Assembly (NCBI GenBank): GCA_016209275.1
Contig: JACQWM010000007.1
Location: 6,865-70,864 of the forward strand
From: Candidatus Omnitrophota bacterium
GTDB taxonomy: Bacteria; Omnitrophota; Gorgyraeia; Aquiviventales; Aquiviventaceae
DNA: 64,000 bases
Direction: 5' to 3'
Notes under the pieces: generated by a model
Databases searched by the model: none
Told to the model about the DNA's origin: nothing
What the model saw: the letters and a program-made list of their open reading frames with translations, nothing else
Part shown: in pieces, positions 17,499-26,927 of the stretch
How positions within the stretch are numbered: position 1 is the stretch's first letter
Layout: every line of letters starts with the position of its first letter
Translations under genes and position numbers: made by a program

Positions 17499-19831
17499 AT
17501 CTCCTGCTGCGTCATCAAGGCGCGCAGGCCCGAAGCGGTAAAGGGCTTTTGTAGCACGGTCATCGGCGCGCGGGTCGCCGCCAGGCGCGTCTGCAGCTGA
17601 TCGCTGAGCGACCCTGACATGACGGCAATCCGCAGCGACGGCCAGCGCCGGGTGGCCTGGGCGATCAATTCGACGCCATCCATCTGCGGCATGATGAGAT
17701 CCGTCAGCAGCACATCATAGGGGGCGCGCTCAAGGGCGACGATCGCCTCAGGGGAGGAGGAGGCCACGGTCACGCGGCACAGGCCGGCCAGCATCCGCTC
17801 GCACATCCGACGGATCGCCGGATCATCATCCACCACCAGCACTCGCAACCCATCCGGCTTGGGCTCCGAGGGCTGCAGCAGTTCACGCAATTCCCCGAGC
17901 AGCTGGGCCGGCAGATACGGTTTTTGCAGCACGCGAACGCCTTCCACCGCGCCTGTCAGGGTGCGCAGCTTCTGATCCATCAAGCCGCTGATCAACAAGA
18001 CCCGCGCCGCGGGAGCGACCGCTCGGATGCGCATCATCAGCGCTTCGCCATGCTCCTGGCCGATCGAGAGATCGACAATGATCGCATCGGCGTCCTGCGC
18101 ATGGCGCTTCACCATGTCCAGCGGCGGCACCGTCGCGGCCTCCGTGAGCACGCGGTAGCCGCCTTCGCGGAGAATCTCTTCGGCAAATCGTCGGTCCTGC
18201 TCCTCCGGCTCAATGACGAGGATGGCCCGAACGCGGGCAGCGACGGCGGGAGCCACGCCATTGGCCGCCTGGCCCAGCGCGTGTTGGCGCGGAAAATACA
18301 GATGGAAGGTCGTGCCGCGGCCTAGTGCTGTTTCAATATCGATGAACCCCTCATGCTGCTTCACCAATCCATAGACCACCGCCATGCCGAGGCCGGCCCC
18401 CTTGCCCTGCTGCTTCGTGGTGAAAAACGGCTCAAAGATGTGGGGGACGATCGTCGGATCCATGCCCGTGCCGGTGTCTTGCACCGAGAGCCGGATGTAG
18501 TCGCCCGGCTTGGCGCCAGACCGCCCCGCGGCAAATGCGGCATCCACCCGGAGAGGGCCGCTGCTGATCGTGAGCCGACCGGCGTCCGGCATGGAGTCCC
18601 GCGCGTTGGAGGCGAGATTGATGAGAATCTGCTCCAGCGCCGTCGGATCGAGCTTGACCAAGAGCGACTCCTTGGGGAGCGACAGGCCGACGTCGATGCG
18701 GTCGCCGACAAATTGCTGCAGCACGCGCTCAAGATTGCGCAGCGTCTGATTCAGCTCCAGCACGGTGGGCTTGAGCGCCTGGCGCCGGCTGAACGCCAAC
18801 AGCTGCCGGATCATGCCTGAGGCGCTCTCCGCCGCATGCACGATTTCGTTCAAATCATTCTGCAGCTCGGGCTGCTCCTGGCAGCGGCCGCGCATCAGCC
18901 ACGCAAATCCCAAAATGACCTGCAGGAAATTCTGGAAGTCATGCGCAATCCCCCAGGCGAAGCGGCCGATGGTTTCGAGTTTCTGCGCCTCGCTGAGCTC
19001 GGTTTGCAGCCGCAGGCGTTCCGCTTCCGTCTTGCGCCGCTCGGTGACATCGGTGCCGAAGAGCAGAAACCCGGAGAGCCGGGCGGCGGCGTCATGAATC
19101 GGAACGATCGTCAACTGGAGGATGCGCTCTTGGCCATTCGGCCGCGCGAGCGCGACGTGCTCGAGGGATGCGGGGCGATCCGCGAGTTGGCATGCGGAGA
19201 GGCCGCCGAGAACTTGGCCGGCGTCCCACGCGATGCCGGCATCCGCGAGCAATCGGCCGCTCACCGTCACTTCGGCGATGCCGAACACCTCCTCAGCCAC
19301 GGCATTCCAATGCGTCACGCGGCCATCCAAACTGAGGCGGATCAGGATGGAGGGAACGGCGGACAGGAGCTGTTCGGTTTGGGTGTGCGCCGCCAGCAGA
19401 TCCGCTTCGGCGCGTTTGCGCTCAATGGCATAGCGCATCGCGCGGCCCAGCAGGTACGGGTAGACCTCAAGATGGCCTTTCACCAAATAATCGTCGGCGC
19501 CGGCCTGCAGCGCTGCGGAAGCTAGCCCTTCGTCATCTGACGCGGTGAGAATCACCACGGGGACGCGATCGCTCAACTGCAGAATGGCCGTCAGCGCGTC
19601 CAACCCCTTGGTATCCGGCAGCATGAGATCGAGGAGAATGACGTCGATGCCGCCCCGGCTCAGCCGCTGCAGGCCCGGAGAGAGCCGGTCAACGTGAATG
19701 AGATCAAACGTCGCGGAGGTATCTTTTGCGAGGGCTTGTTTCACAACGTCAACATCGGCAGGGCGATCTTCGATCAGTAGGGCGGTGACAATTGGAGCCT
19801 TCATGCCACGTTTTCTTCCTCCTACATTCAT
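17495..19831 (-). CDS. hybrid sensor histidine kinase: REC-PAS-HisKA-HATPase-REC-REC
   Basis: N-terminal receiver (LIEDRPADVDVV..D..LPD), PAS-like region, H-box (AHDFQNFLQVILG), N/G1/G2 ATPase boxes, then two C-terminal receiver domains. 4-nt overlap with the aquaporin gene. Confidence 0.8.
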   Translation of the reverse strand: MNVGGRKRGMKAPIVTALLIEDRPADVDVVKQALAKDTSATFDLIHVDRLSPGLQRLSRGGIDVILLDLMLPDTKGLDALTAILQLSDRVPVVILTASDDEGLASAALQAGADDYLVKGHLEVYPYLLGRAMRYAIERKRAEADLLAAHTQTEQLLSAVPSILIRLSLDGRVTHWNAVAEEVFGIAEVTVSGRLLADAGIAWDAGQVLGGLSACQLADRPASLEHVALARPNGQERILQLTIVPIHDAAARLSGFLLFGTDVTERRKTEAERLRLQTELSEAQKLETIGRFAWGIAHDFQNFLQVILGFAWLMRGRCQEQPELQNDLNEIVHAAESASGMIRQLLAFSRRQALKPTVLELNQTLRNLERVLQQFVGDRIDVGLSLPKESLLVKLDPTALEQILINLASNARDSMPDAGRLTISSGPLRVDAAFAAGRSGAKPGDYIRLSVQDTGTGMDPTIVPHIFEPFFTTKQQGKGAGLGMAVVYGLVKQHEGFIDIETALGRGTTFHLYFPRQHALGQAANGVAPAVAARVRAILVIEPEEQDRRFAEEILREGGYRVLTEAATVPPLDMVKRHAQDADAIIVDLSIGQEHGEALMMRIRAVAPAARVLLISGLMDQKLRTLTGAVEGVRVLQKPYLPAQLLGELRELLQPSEPKPDGLRVLVVDDDPAIRRMCERMLAGLCRVTVASSSPEAIVALERAPYDVLLTDLIMPQMDGVELIAQATRRWPSLRIAVMSGSLSDQLQTRLAATRAPMTVLQKPFTASGLRALMTQQEM

Positions 19832-19872
19832 AGCATTTTTCTTAACTCCTTGTCAAATAAGGGGTCAGACCC

Positions 19873-21021
19873 TTAATACCTCGCCATCTCCGTGTCGACT
19901 TCGCAGGCCCAGGCGTCGATGCCCCCGCGCATATGCTTGAGTTTCTTGAAGCCGAAACGCTGCAGCGTCTTGATCGCCTGCAGGCTGCGCTGCCCGTGAT
20001 GGCAGTAGGTGATGATCGTATCCGCCGTGTCGAGCTCGTTGGCGCGCAGGGGCAATTCAGACAGCGGAATCAGCTGCGCGCCCTCCACCTTGACGATCTC
20101 AAATTCATGCGGCTCGCGCACATCAAGCAGCACTGTTTCGGGATGCTCCTTGAGATACTGCTGCACCTCACCCGGCCCTAAATCGTACTCGCTCTGCCTG
20201 ACCTCAACCTCAGCTCCCCGGCCGATCCCGCAAAATGCCTCGTAGTCGATGAGGGCTTTCACCGTTGGATGCTCGCCGCAGACCGGGCACTGCGGATCGC
20301 GCTTGAGCTTCACCTCGCGGAACTCCATCTTCAGCGCATTGTAGAGCAGCAGCCGCCCGATCAGCGGGTCGCCTTTGCCGATGATGAGCTTGATGGCCTC
20401 GGTGGCTTGAATGATGCCGATGATGCCGGGAAGCACGCCCAGCACCCCGCCTTCAGCGCAGCTTGGCACCATCCCTGGCGGCGGCGGTTCCGGATACACA
20501 CAGCGATAGCACGGGCCGCTGAACGGAGCGAACACGGTGGCCTGGCCGTCAAACCGAAAGATCGAGCCGTAGATGTTGGGTTTCTTCTGGAAGATGCACG
20601 CGTCATTAACCAAATAGCGCGTGGGGAAATTATCCGTGCCGTCGATGACCACGTCATACGGCGCGATCAGCTCCATGATGTTGTCGCGCGAGAGCTTGGC
20701 GTTGTATGCCGTGACGTCAACATCCGGGTTGATCGCGTTGATCCGCTCCTTCGCCGACTCCACTTTCAACCGGCCCACGTCCTCGGTGCGGTGAATGATC
20801 TGCCGCTGCAGGTTGGTGAAATCCACGACGTCAAAATCCACGATGCCCAGCCGCCCGACGCCGGCCGCCGCCAAATAGAGGCCGAGCGGGGAGCCTAAAC
20901 CCCCGGCGCCAATGAGCAGCATCCCGGCATCCTTGAGCTGTTGCTGCCCCTCAATGCCGACCTCCGGCATGATCAAATGCCGGCTGTACCTCAAGATCTG
21001 ATCTCGCGTCAACTGCGCCAT
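19873..21021 (-). CDS. moeZ: MoeB/ThiF-type E1-like adenylyltransferase fused to a C-terminal rhodanese domain (MoeZ-type)
   Basis: RYSRH, GAGGLGSP nucleotide-binding loop, CxxC pairs and a C-terminal rhodanese domain with CHHGQRS active-site loop. ATG at 21021 (MAQLTRDQILRYSRH) verified. Confidence 0.8.
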   Translation of the reverse strand: MAQLTRDQILRYSRHLIMPEVGIEGQQQLKDAGMLLIGAGGLGSPLGLYLAAAGVGRLGIVDFDVVDFTNLQRQIIHRTEDVGRLKVESAKERINAINPDVDVTAYNAKLSRDNIMELIAPYDVVIDGTDNFPTRYLVNDACIFQKKPNIYGSIFRFDGQATVFAPFSGPCYRCVYPEPPPPGMVPSCAEGGVLGVLPGIIGIIQATEAIKLIIGKGDPLIGRLLLYNALKMEFREVKLKRDPQCPVCGEHPTVKALIDYEAFCGIGRGAEVEVRQSEYDLGPGEVQQYLKEHPETVLLDVREPHEFEIVKVEGAQLIPLSELPLRANELDTADTIITYCHHGQRSLQAIKTLQRFGFKKLKHMRGGIDAWACEVDTEMARY

Positions 21022-21034
21022 CGTACGCAACAAC

Positions 21035-21120
21035 GACCCATGACACATGACCCATGACACATGACCAAACGAAACATCTGTTGTCGTGTGTCGTGAGTCA
21101 TAGGTCGTGTGTTATGTGTC
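21035..21120. repeat. CATGAC-heptamer imperfect inverted repeat, copy 2 (moeZ 5' region)
   Basis: Left arm gacccatgacacatgacccatgacacatgacc and right arm gtcgtgtgtcgtgagtcataggtcgtgtgttatgtgtc are about 75% reverse-complementary. Same core as the 8017-8091 element. Confidence 0.55.
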
Positions 21121-21136
21121 AAGGGTCGTCCTTTCG

Positions 21137-21550
21137 TCAAAAAGTGAGGACGCGGTCCGCGGTGGCGACGTCTTCGAGCAAAAACGCCGGAAGGCCGCGC
21201 ACCGCGTCGATCTCAGGAATCAAATCCTCTTTCTTCAACCCGCACATTTCCAGCGATGAACTGCACACGTAATATTGTACATCCCCCGAGGCCTTGATGT
21301 CGCGGCAGAGCTTGTGCACATCGAGGACGTCCAGCTTCTTCAGCCGCTGGATCACGCCGCCGGCTTCCCCCATAAACGCCGCCGAGAGCTCAATCTGATT
21401 GATGGCCTCTGGTGTCAGCCGAAACACCGATTCGTCGCGGAACAACACCCGGACTTTCATCTCCGAATGCACCGCCGCCATCAGCAGCGTGAGCACTTGG
21501 ATGAAGTTATTCGTCGTCACGCCAGAAACAATCACTGCAAGAGATTTCAT
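21137..21550 (-). CDS. DsrE/DsrF/TusD-like sulfur-relay family protein
   Basis: 137-aa protein with the DsrE-fold profile (N-terminal AVIVSG... and a conserved Cys region CSSSLEMCG). Confidence 0.6.
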   Translation of the reverse strand: MKSLAVIVSGVTTNNFIQVLTLLMAAVHSEMKVRVLFRDESVFRLTPEAINQIELSAAFMGEAGGVIQRLKKLDVLDVHKLCRDIKASGDVQYYVCSSSLEMCGLKKEDLIPEIDAVRGLPAFLLEDVATADRVLTF

Positions 21551-21582
21551 GGTTAGCTATCTGCTAATTGCTAGATGCTCCG

Positions 21583-23235
21583 TTAATACACGGGTCCATC
21601 GGATTCAGGCACTTGCGGTGTTGGCACATCGTCCATGTTGGACAGCGGATGCGGCTGTCCACCCGTGAGCAGTTTGGCCAGCTCGGCATCGCCGACGCGC
21701 GCGCACCAGTCATGAAACGATTCCCGCGCCTTGCGCTGTTGCGTGAAGGCGACCAGCACGCGTTCCAAGCGTTTGGCGCATTCGGCGGCGGGAATTTTTC
21801 GCACGATCGGATGATTAAATCCTGCCCCCTTCCCTAACCGGCCGCCGACAAACACGTCATACGCATCAACGATTTGACCATCGACTTTCGTTTTGGATCC
21901 CATCAGCCCAATGTTCGCAATCTGGTATTGCGCGCACGAGTTCGGACAGCCGGTGATATGCAGCCGCAGCGGCTCAGCCAGCGGCACATGCTGCTCCAGA
22001 TACTCCACGATCTGCCGCGAGCGCGCCTTCGTTTCGGTGATGGCCAGCTTGCAAAACTCAGTGCCGGTGCAGGTCACGACGCTGCGCCGAATCGGATGCG
22101 CATTGATGGAGAGTCCGACATCGGCCAGACCTGACAACACTGACTCGACATTCCGCTCTGGAATATTCAACAGAAGAATATTCTGCCGGACGGTCAACCG
22201 AATGGTGTTCCCGTCGCCATATCGTCGGCACAGATCCGCGACTCGTTTCATCTGGGGACTCGTGATCCGACCGACGAGCACCGGCGAACCAACGTAGTAC
22301 AACCCATCCTGCTTTTGCGCGTGCACCCCAACATGATCACGATAACTGTCTGAAGGCTCCTCATAGTCAGCCGGCGCATCATCAAGCTTCCGACCCAATC
22401 GCGCTTCCACCGTTTCACGAAATTTGGCCACGCCCCAGTCATGGATTAAATATTTAAACCGCGCATGATGGCGTTTCTCGCGATACTCGGGCGTTTCGCT
22501 CCAGAGATCCGTGATCTGCTGAATGACCGGCACGGCGTCTTCCGGCCGGATGAAGGCCTTCATCCGCTGGCTGATGAAGGGCTGCGTTGAGAGCCCGCCA
22601 CCCACACGCAGATCAAACCCTAGCTCTTGCCGTCCGTCCACGGCACGTGAGGCTGCCACCAGCGAGACGCATTGAATTTCGGGCAATGAGCACCACGTCC
22701 GGCAACCCGAAACGCCGATTTTGTATTTGCGGGGCAGATTGGCGTATTTCACGTTGCCGTAGAAAAAGTCGCTGACCGCTTTCGCGATCGGGCTGGCATC
22801 GAAAAGCTCTTCGCGATCGACACCGGCCACCGGACAGCCGACGACGTTGCGCAGAATATCGCCGCAGGCCCCCAAGGAGCCGATGCCGACGCGCTTGAGC
22901 CGCTCCAGGGTCGGGAGAATCTTCGAATAGTGGACCCAGTGCAGCTGGAAATCTTGCCGGGTGGTGATGTCGGCATATCCCTTCTGCCATTGCTCGGCGA
23001 TGGCGGCGATCTCCGCGAGCTGCTCGGGGGTCACAAACCCGTTGGGCTGCTTCGTGCGCAGCATGAAATACTCCGGCTCATGCCGATGCGTATAGAGGCC
23101 CAGCCACTTGCACATGAACAGATCATCTTCGGTCAGCGTTTCAACGCCTGCCGTGGCGGCGCGCTCAATGGCCTTCAGCACGTCAAAGGGATTCCCGTAT
23201 CGCTGTTTGATGGTTTCGGAGGTATTCGGCATCAC
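21583..23235 (-). CDS. sir: ferredoxin-dependent sulfite/nitrite reductase (siroheme-[4Fe-4S], NirA/Sir family)
   Basis: Two nitrite/sulfite-reductase ferredoxin-like half-domains and the siroheme/Fe-S cysteine cluster (CTGTEFCK..., TGCPNSCAQ). 550 aa. Confidence 0.8.
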   Translation of the reverse strand: MMPNTSETIKQRYGNPFDVLKAIERAATAGVETLTEDDLFMCKWLGLYTHRHEPEYFMLRTKQPNGFVTPEQLAEIAAIAEQWQKGYADITTRQDFQLHWVHYSKILPTLERLKRVGIGSLGACGDILRNVVGCPVAGVDREELFDASPIAKAVSDFFYGNVKYANLPRKYKIGVSGCRTWCSLPEIQCVSLVAASRAVDGRQELGFDLRVGGGLSTQPFISQRMKAFIRPEDAVPVIQQITDLWSETPEYREKRHHARFKYLIHDWGVAKFRETVEARLGRKLDDAPADYEEPSDSYRDHVGVHAQKQDGLYYVGSPVLVGRITSPQMKRVADLCRRYGDGNTIRLTVRQNILLLNIPERNVESVLSGLADVGLSINAHPIRRSVVTCTGTEFCKLAITETKARSRQIVEYLEQHVPLAEPLRLHITGCPNSCAQYQIANIGLMGSKTKVDGQIVDAYDVFVGGRLGKGAGFNHPIVRKIPAAECAKRLERVLVAFTQQRKARESFHDWCARVGDAELAKLLTGGQPHPLSNMDDVPTPQVPESDGPVY

Positions 23236-23248
23236 GGGCCTGACGATG

Positions 23249-24433
23249 TTACTTGGCTAACTCGACTTTGCTACCGACATCGTGCCACCAGCGGTCGAGC
23301 TCTGGCGTGAAGTATTTGACGCGGATTTTCTTGTACTCTTTTGTGCTGAAGAGATTCTTGTGGGGAAACGGCCCGGTCCGCTCCTCGATGCGCTTGGCGA
23401 CGTCCATGCACGCCGAATACGTCGCGGCATGGATCATGGTAAAGAGCGGATAGGGCCAATGCGGATAGATCGGGCGGCGGTAGCAGTGGCTGACTTCTCG
23501 GAACAGGGCCATCTGCTCGCCGACGACATCGGCCTGCTCCTGGGGCACTTGCCAGACGACCATCGCGTTGGCCAGAAATCCGGCGTTGCGATGGTGGAGA
23601 ATCGCAGCAAAGCGGCGCATGTAGCCTAAGCGTTCCATCTGTGTCGCCCAGGCGAATACGTCTTCTTCGCTCATGTCGGCCTGCTCGGCCCAGACGGCAT
23701 ACGGCATCTCGAGCAGCGGCAGATCCTCTTGCAGCACGCGGATGAGGCGGATGTCGGTGTCGCTCAGCGGGGGCTTCTGCGCCCATCGTTTTTTCTCATC
23801 GTAAATGTCTTCCGGGCTTTCGAGCGCAGACTCCTGCCCGGTCAGATCGAGCTTGACCCCGATCTTATACAGCCGCAAGGTCGGCAGGATGATGGTCTCC
23901 TCGGCCCGGGCGAGCGTGTGCAAAATCTGGATGACCTGCTCGAGCGAATCCCCGGGCGGCACCGCGATGGTAAACCAGATGTTAAAGGGGTCATTGCGCT
24001 TGTAGTTGTGCGACACGCCGGGGTGCTGATTGACCACCTCAGCCGCCTCATCCACGCGCTCCGGATCGACTTTCATCGCCGCCAGCGTGCTTTGGTAGCC
24101 GAGCGTGCGGGTATCGAAAATGGCGGAGAGCTGCCGAATCACGTGCTCACTTTTCAGCCGGCCGACGCGCGCGAGGCATTCCTGCTCGGAGAGGCCGAGT
24201 TTTTCTCCAAGCTGCTCAAAGGGCCGGTGGACCACGGGAAATTGCTTTTGCACCTCGGTGAGGAGCGCTCGGTCAATCGGATCAAGCACTGGCAGTTGGG
24301 GCATGGAGGTCGGCTGCTGCGGCGGCGTTGAGGCCGAAATCGGCCGCATACAATTGGGCAATCCGCGCGACGGCCTCCGCCGACAGCGGCGGGGCTGCGG
24401 CGGCGGCGACAAACTCCTGCAGCAGCGCTTCAT
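23249..24433 (-). CDS. siroheme decarboxylase, fused AhbA/AhbB (NirD/L-like) tandem Lrp/AsnC-fold protein
   Basis: Two tandem Lrp/AsnC-like modules. The second aligns closely with AhbA/NirD (GF.ANAMVVW.VP......VG...A...EVSHCY.R....WPY.LF.M.HA ... LFS.KE.KK.RV.YF). The likely true start is MPQLPVLDPIDRALL (about 24304) rather than the Arg/Pro-rich ORF-track extension. Confidence 0.75.
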   Translation of the reverse strand: MKRCCRSLSPPPQPRRCRRRPSRGLPNCMRPISASTPPQQPTSMPQLPVLDPIDRALLTEVQKQFPVVHRPFEQLGEKLGLSEQECLARVGRLKSEHVIRQLSAIFDTRTLGYQSTLAAMKVDPERVDEAAEVVNQHPGVSHNYKRNDPFNIWFTIAVPPGDSLEQVIQILHTLARAEETIILPTLRLYKIGVKLDLTGQESALESPEDIYDEKKRWAQKPPLSDTDIRLIRVLQEDLPLLEMPYAVWAEQADMSEEDVFAWATQMERLGYMRRFAAILHHRNAGFLANAMVVWQVPQEQADVVGEQMALFREVSHCYRRPIYPHWPYPLFTMIHAATYSACMDVAKRIEERTGPFPHKNLFSTKEYKKIRVKYFTPELDRWWHDVGSKVELAK

Positions 24434-25322
24434 TATAGATGTTCGGCAGCACGGATGCCACGGCCGGCTCTGACAAGATAAAGTGTATCGCCGCCTGCCC
24501 CAGGCTCCGTCCGGCGCGCTCGGTGAGAAACCCGAGCTGCTGAACTTTCTTCAAGCCGTTGACTTGCCATTGTCGTTTGCGCTCATCGGTGGAGACGCGA
24601 TGAAATCGGTGATCGTGCTCGGCAAACACCGTCTCAGGCTTGACGGTGCCATCCAGCAATCCTGAGGCATGCGGCACGCGCACGAGGAAGCTGGCGTGAT
24701 GCTGCCGGCCGAGAGGAAAGAGCCGCAGGCCCAGCATCTGCTCAAGCAAATTATAGATGATGTACACCATGTCGACGCTACGGCGCTCAATCGCATACGC
24801 CCCCTCATCCATCTGGCGCTCGGCGATGGCCGGGCCAAGCGATGGCCCATACGCGCGGATCTTCCCCTCGCTTTTGAGCGCCTCCAGTGTGGCGAAGAGA
24901 TCATCACGCTGTAACGCCTCGAGGCGGGGGTTGTGCAATTGATAGATGTCGATGTGGTCCGTCTGCAAGCGCGTGAGGCTTTCTTCGAGTGCTACGCGCA
25001 CGTACTCCGGACGCCAATCGTGGGGGAGCTCCTCCTGGCCGCTGCGCGCGGTGTGATGATAAAAATCGTAGCCGAACTTCGTGCCAATGGTGATGTCCTT
25101 GCGATGCTGGCCAAGGGCTTCAGCCAGGATCGTCTCGCCGCGGCCGCGGCCGTAGGTGTCGGCCGTATCAAAAAACGTGATGCCAAGGTCAAAGGCCCGG
25201 CGCAACAACTCGATGCCGACGGCCTCGTCTGTGATCCCCCACCAGGTTGTCGACACGGTCCAGACGCCGAACCCCACCTCGGATACCTTCACATCCGTCG
25301 CGCCAATGCGTCGAGTCTTCAT
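24282..25322 (-). CDS. aldo/keto reductase family oxidoreductase
   Basis: AKR motifs (FFDTADTYG, catalytic region). ATG at 25322 (MKTRRIG) verified. Its start codon overlaps the stop of the upstream radical-SAM gene (ATGA). Confidence 0.8.
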   Translation of the reverse strand: MKTRRIGATDVKVSEVGFGVWTVSTTWWGITDEAVGIELLRRAFDLGITFFDTADTYGRGRGETILAEALGQHRKDITIGTKFGYDFYHHTARSGQEELPHDWRPEYVRVALEESLTRLQTDHIDIYQLHNPRLEALQRDDLFATLEALKSEGKIRAYGPSLGPAIAERQMDEGAYAIERRSVDMVYIIYNLLEQMLGLRLFPLGRQHHASFLVRVPHASGLLDGTVKPETVFAEHDHRFHRVSTDERKRQWQVNGLKKVQQLGFLTERAGRSLGQAAIHFILSEPAVASVLPNIYNEALLQEFVAAAAAPPLSAEAVARIAQLYAADFGLNAAAAADLHAPTASA

Positions 25323-26086
25323 GCAAAGACCTCCGTGGGGATGCCGGTTGTCGATGTCAAGCGATCGGCAATCTGCTGTAGCTGCGACCGCGGCACCTTG
25401 TGAATCCCGTCGGCGGCGGTCGGCCGATCGATCGTATAGACCTGCACCGCGCGCGGCGAGAGCCAGCCGACTTTCTCGACCCATAATTGCAGATGGCCCT
25501 CCTGAGTGTTATCGCAAACCCCGTGGATAAACATGCTCTGGAGGATGATGTCGGGGACGCGCTTGAGCCCCTCGAGCATCGCCTGAAAATCAATCGAAAC
25601 CAGCGGTTGATTGATGCGCTGCCAGGTCGCGGCATCCGCCGCGTCGAATTTCATGCACCGCACATCCAGCAGCGCCAGGGCCTCGCGCACGCGCGGACGC
25701 ATTACCTGGGTCGCATCGGAGAGCATCCCGACGGCCGCGCGAGGAAAATAGGCATCGCGCAGCTGCTTGACTCCATCCACCAGCGCGGCGAGGTCCGGAT
25801 GCAGGGTGGGCTCGCCGTTGCCGGCAAATGTCAGGCAGTCCACCGGCGTCTTCGCCTCGGCATAGCGCTGCAGACTCCGCCGGATCTCGGCCAGCAGCTC
25901 TGGGGCCCGCCGCATCCGCTCGGGGGAGCCCTTCGCCGTCGTCCACCCATATTGGCAGTAGACGCAATTCGACGAACAGACCTTTCGGCTCACCGGCAGG
26001 AGATTGATCCCCAGGGAGTGGCCGAATCGCCGAGAATGGATCGGGCCGTAGACCGCAGCATCTTGGAGGGGAATTGGTGTCGGCAT
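25319..26086 (-). CDS. small radical SAM protein (CxxxCxxC: CSSNCVYC), function unknown
   Basis: Single N-terminal CX3CX2C motif with a downstream Gly-rich SAM-binding stretch (FAGNGEPTL). At 255 aa it is too short for AhbC/AhbD. Confidence 0.6.
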   Translation of the reverse strand: MPTPIPLQDAAVYGPIHSRRFGHSLGINLLPVSRKVCSSNCVYCQYGWTTAKGSPERMRRAPELLAEIRRSLQRYAEAKTPVDCLTFAGNGEPTLHPDLAALVDGVKQLRDAYFPRAAVGMLSDATQVMRPRVREALALLDVRCMKFDAADAATWQRINQPLVSIDFQAMLEGLKRVPDIILQSMFIHGVCDNTQEGHLQLWVEKVGWLSPRAVQVYTIDRPTAADGIHKVPRSQLQQIADRLTSTTGIPTEVFA

Positions 26087-26143
26087 CGTCGAGAAAACCT
26101 ATTGTAGGGCAGGATCTTGACGACGTCAATGTGGCGGCCACTC

Positions 26144-26536
26144 TTAGGTTGGTGCGGCGGCGCGGCGCTTGAAGACCCGGTCGATCCGCAACAGCAGGTC
26201 TTCGTGGTCAAACGGTTTGATGATGTAGTCCTCGACGCCTTCAAGCTCAAACAAATCTTTCATCCGGTCGCGCGCCGTCAAGATGATGACCGGGGTTTTG
26301 CTGCGGCCGAACCGGTGGTTGAGCTCCCGCAAGCACGAATAGCCGTCCATGACCGGCATCAACACATCAAGAATGATCAGATCCGGATGCTCCTGCTCCA
26401 CCAACGCGAGGGCTTGCTGGCCGTCGTTGGCGACAAACGCCTGATAGCCTTTCGACTGCAATCGGATTTTAATGGCGAGTGCCAACTGCTGCTCATCATC
26501 CACGATAAGGATTTTCTTTCCCCCCGGCGGTGCCAT
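26144..26536 (-). CDS. stand-alone response-regulator receiver (CheY-like)
   Basis: KILIVDDE...DLIILDVLMP...K motif set, 130 aa, no output domain. Confidence 0.85.
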   Translation of the reverse strand: MAPPGGKKILIVDDEQQLALAIKIRLQSKGYQAFVANDGQQALALVEQEHPDLIILDVLMPVMDGYSCLRELNHRFGRSKTPVIILTARDRMKDLFELEGVEDYIIKPFDHEDLLLRIDRVFKRRAAAPT

Positions 26537-26540
26537 GGCA

Positions 26541-26927
26541 TCACCCTCCTTGTGCCGCGTCTAACAGCGATTGGACTGCTGAAACCACCTGCTCCGAGTG
26601 AAACGGCTTCTGCATGACGATCACGGAATCGAGTTTGGCCAATTGCCGCTCCCGCGCCCGCTCCGGCAGCGCGGTGAGGACCATCGCGGGAATCTTCGCG
26701 GTCGCTGGGTCGGCCTTGAGGCGCTGGAGCATTTCATAGCCATTCATCTTCGGCATGAGCAAATCGACGATGAGCAGATCCGGCGGCGGCGCCTGCCGGG
26801 CCTTCGCCAGCCCCTCTTCGCCGTTCTCGGCTGTCTCGCACAGGAAGCCGGCGGCCCGCAGGCGGATCGCCAGCGCGTAGCGCAGATCCGACTCATCATC
26901 CACGATCAGCACACGCTTGCCCATCAC
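26541..26927 (-). CDS. stand-alone response-regulator receiver (CheY-like)
   Basis: RVLIVDDE...DLLIVDLLMP...K motifs, 128 aa. 4-nt overlap with the upstream hybrid kinase. Confidence 0.85.
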   Translation of the reverse strand: MMGKRVLIVDDESDLRYALAIRLRAAGFLCETAENGEEGLAKARQAPPPDLLIVDLLMPKMNGYEMLQRLKADPATAKIPAMVLTALPERARERQLAKLDSVIVMQKPFHSEQVVSAVQSLLDAAQGG

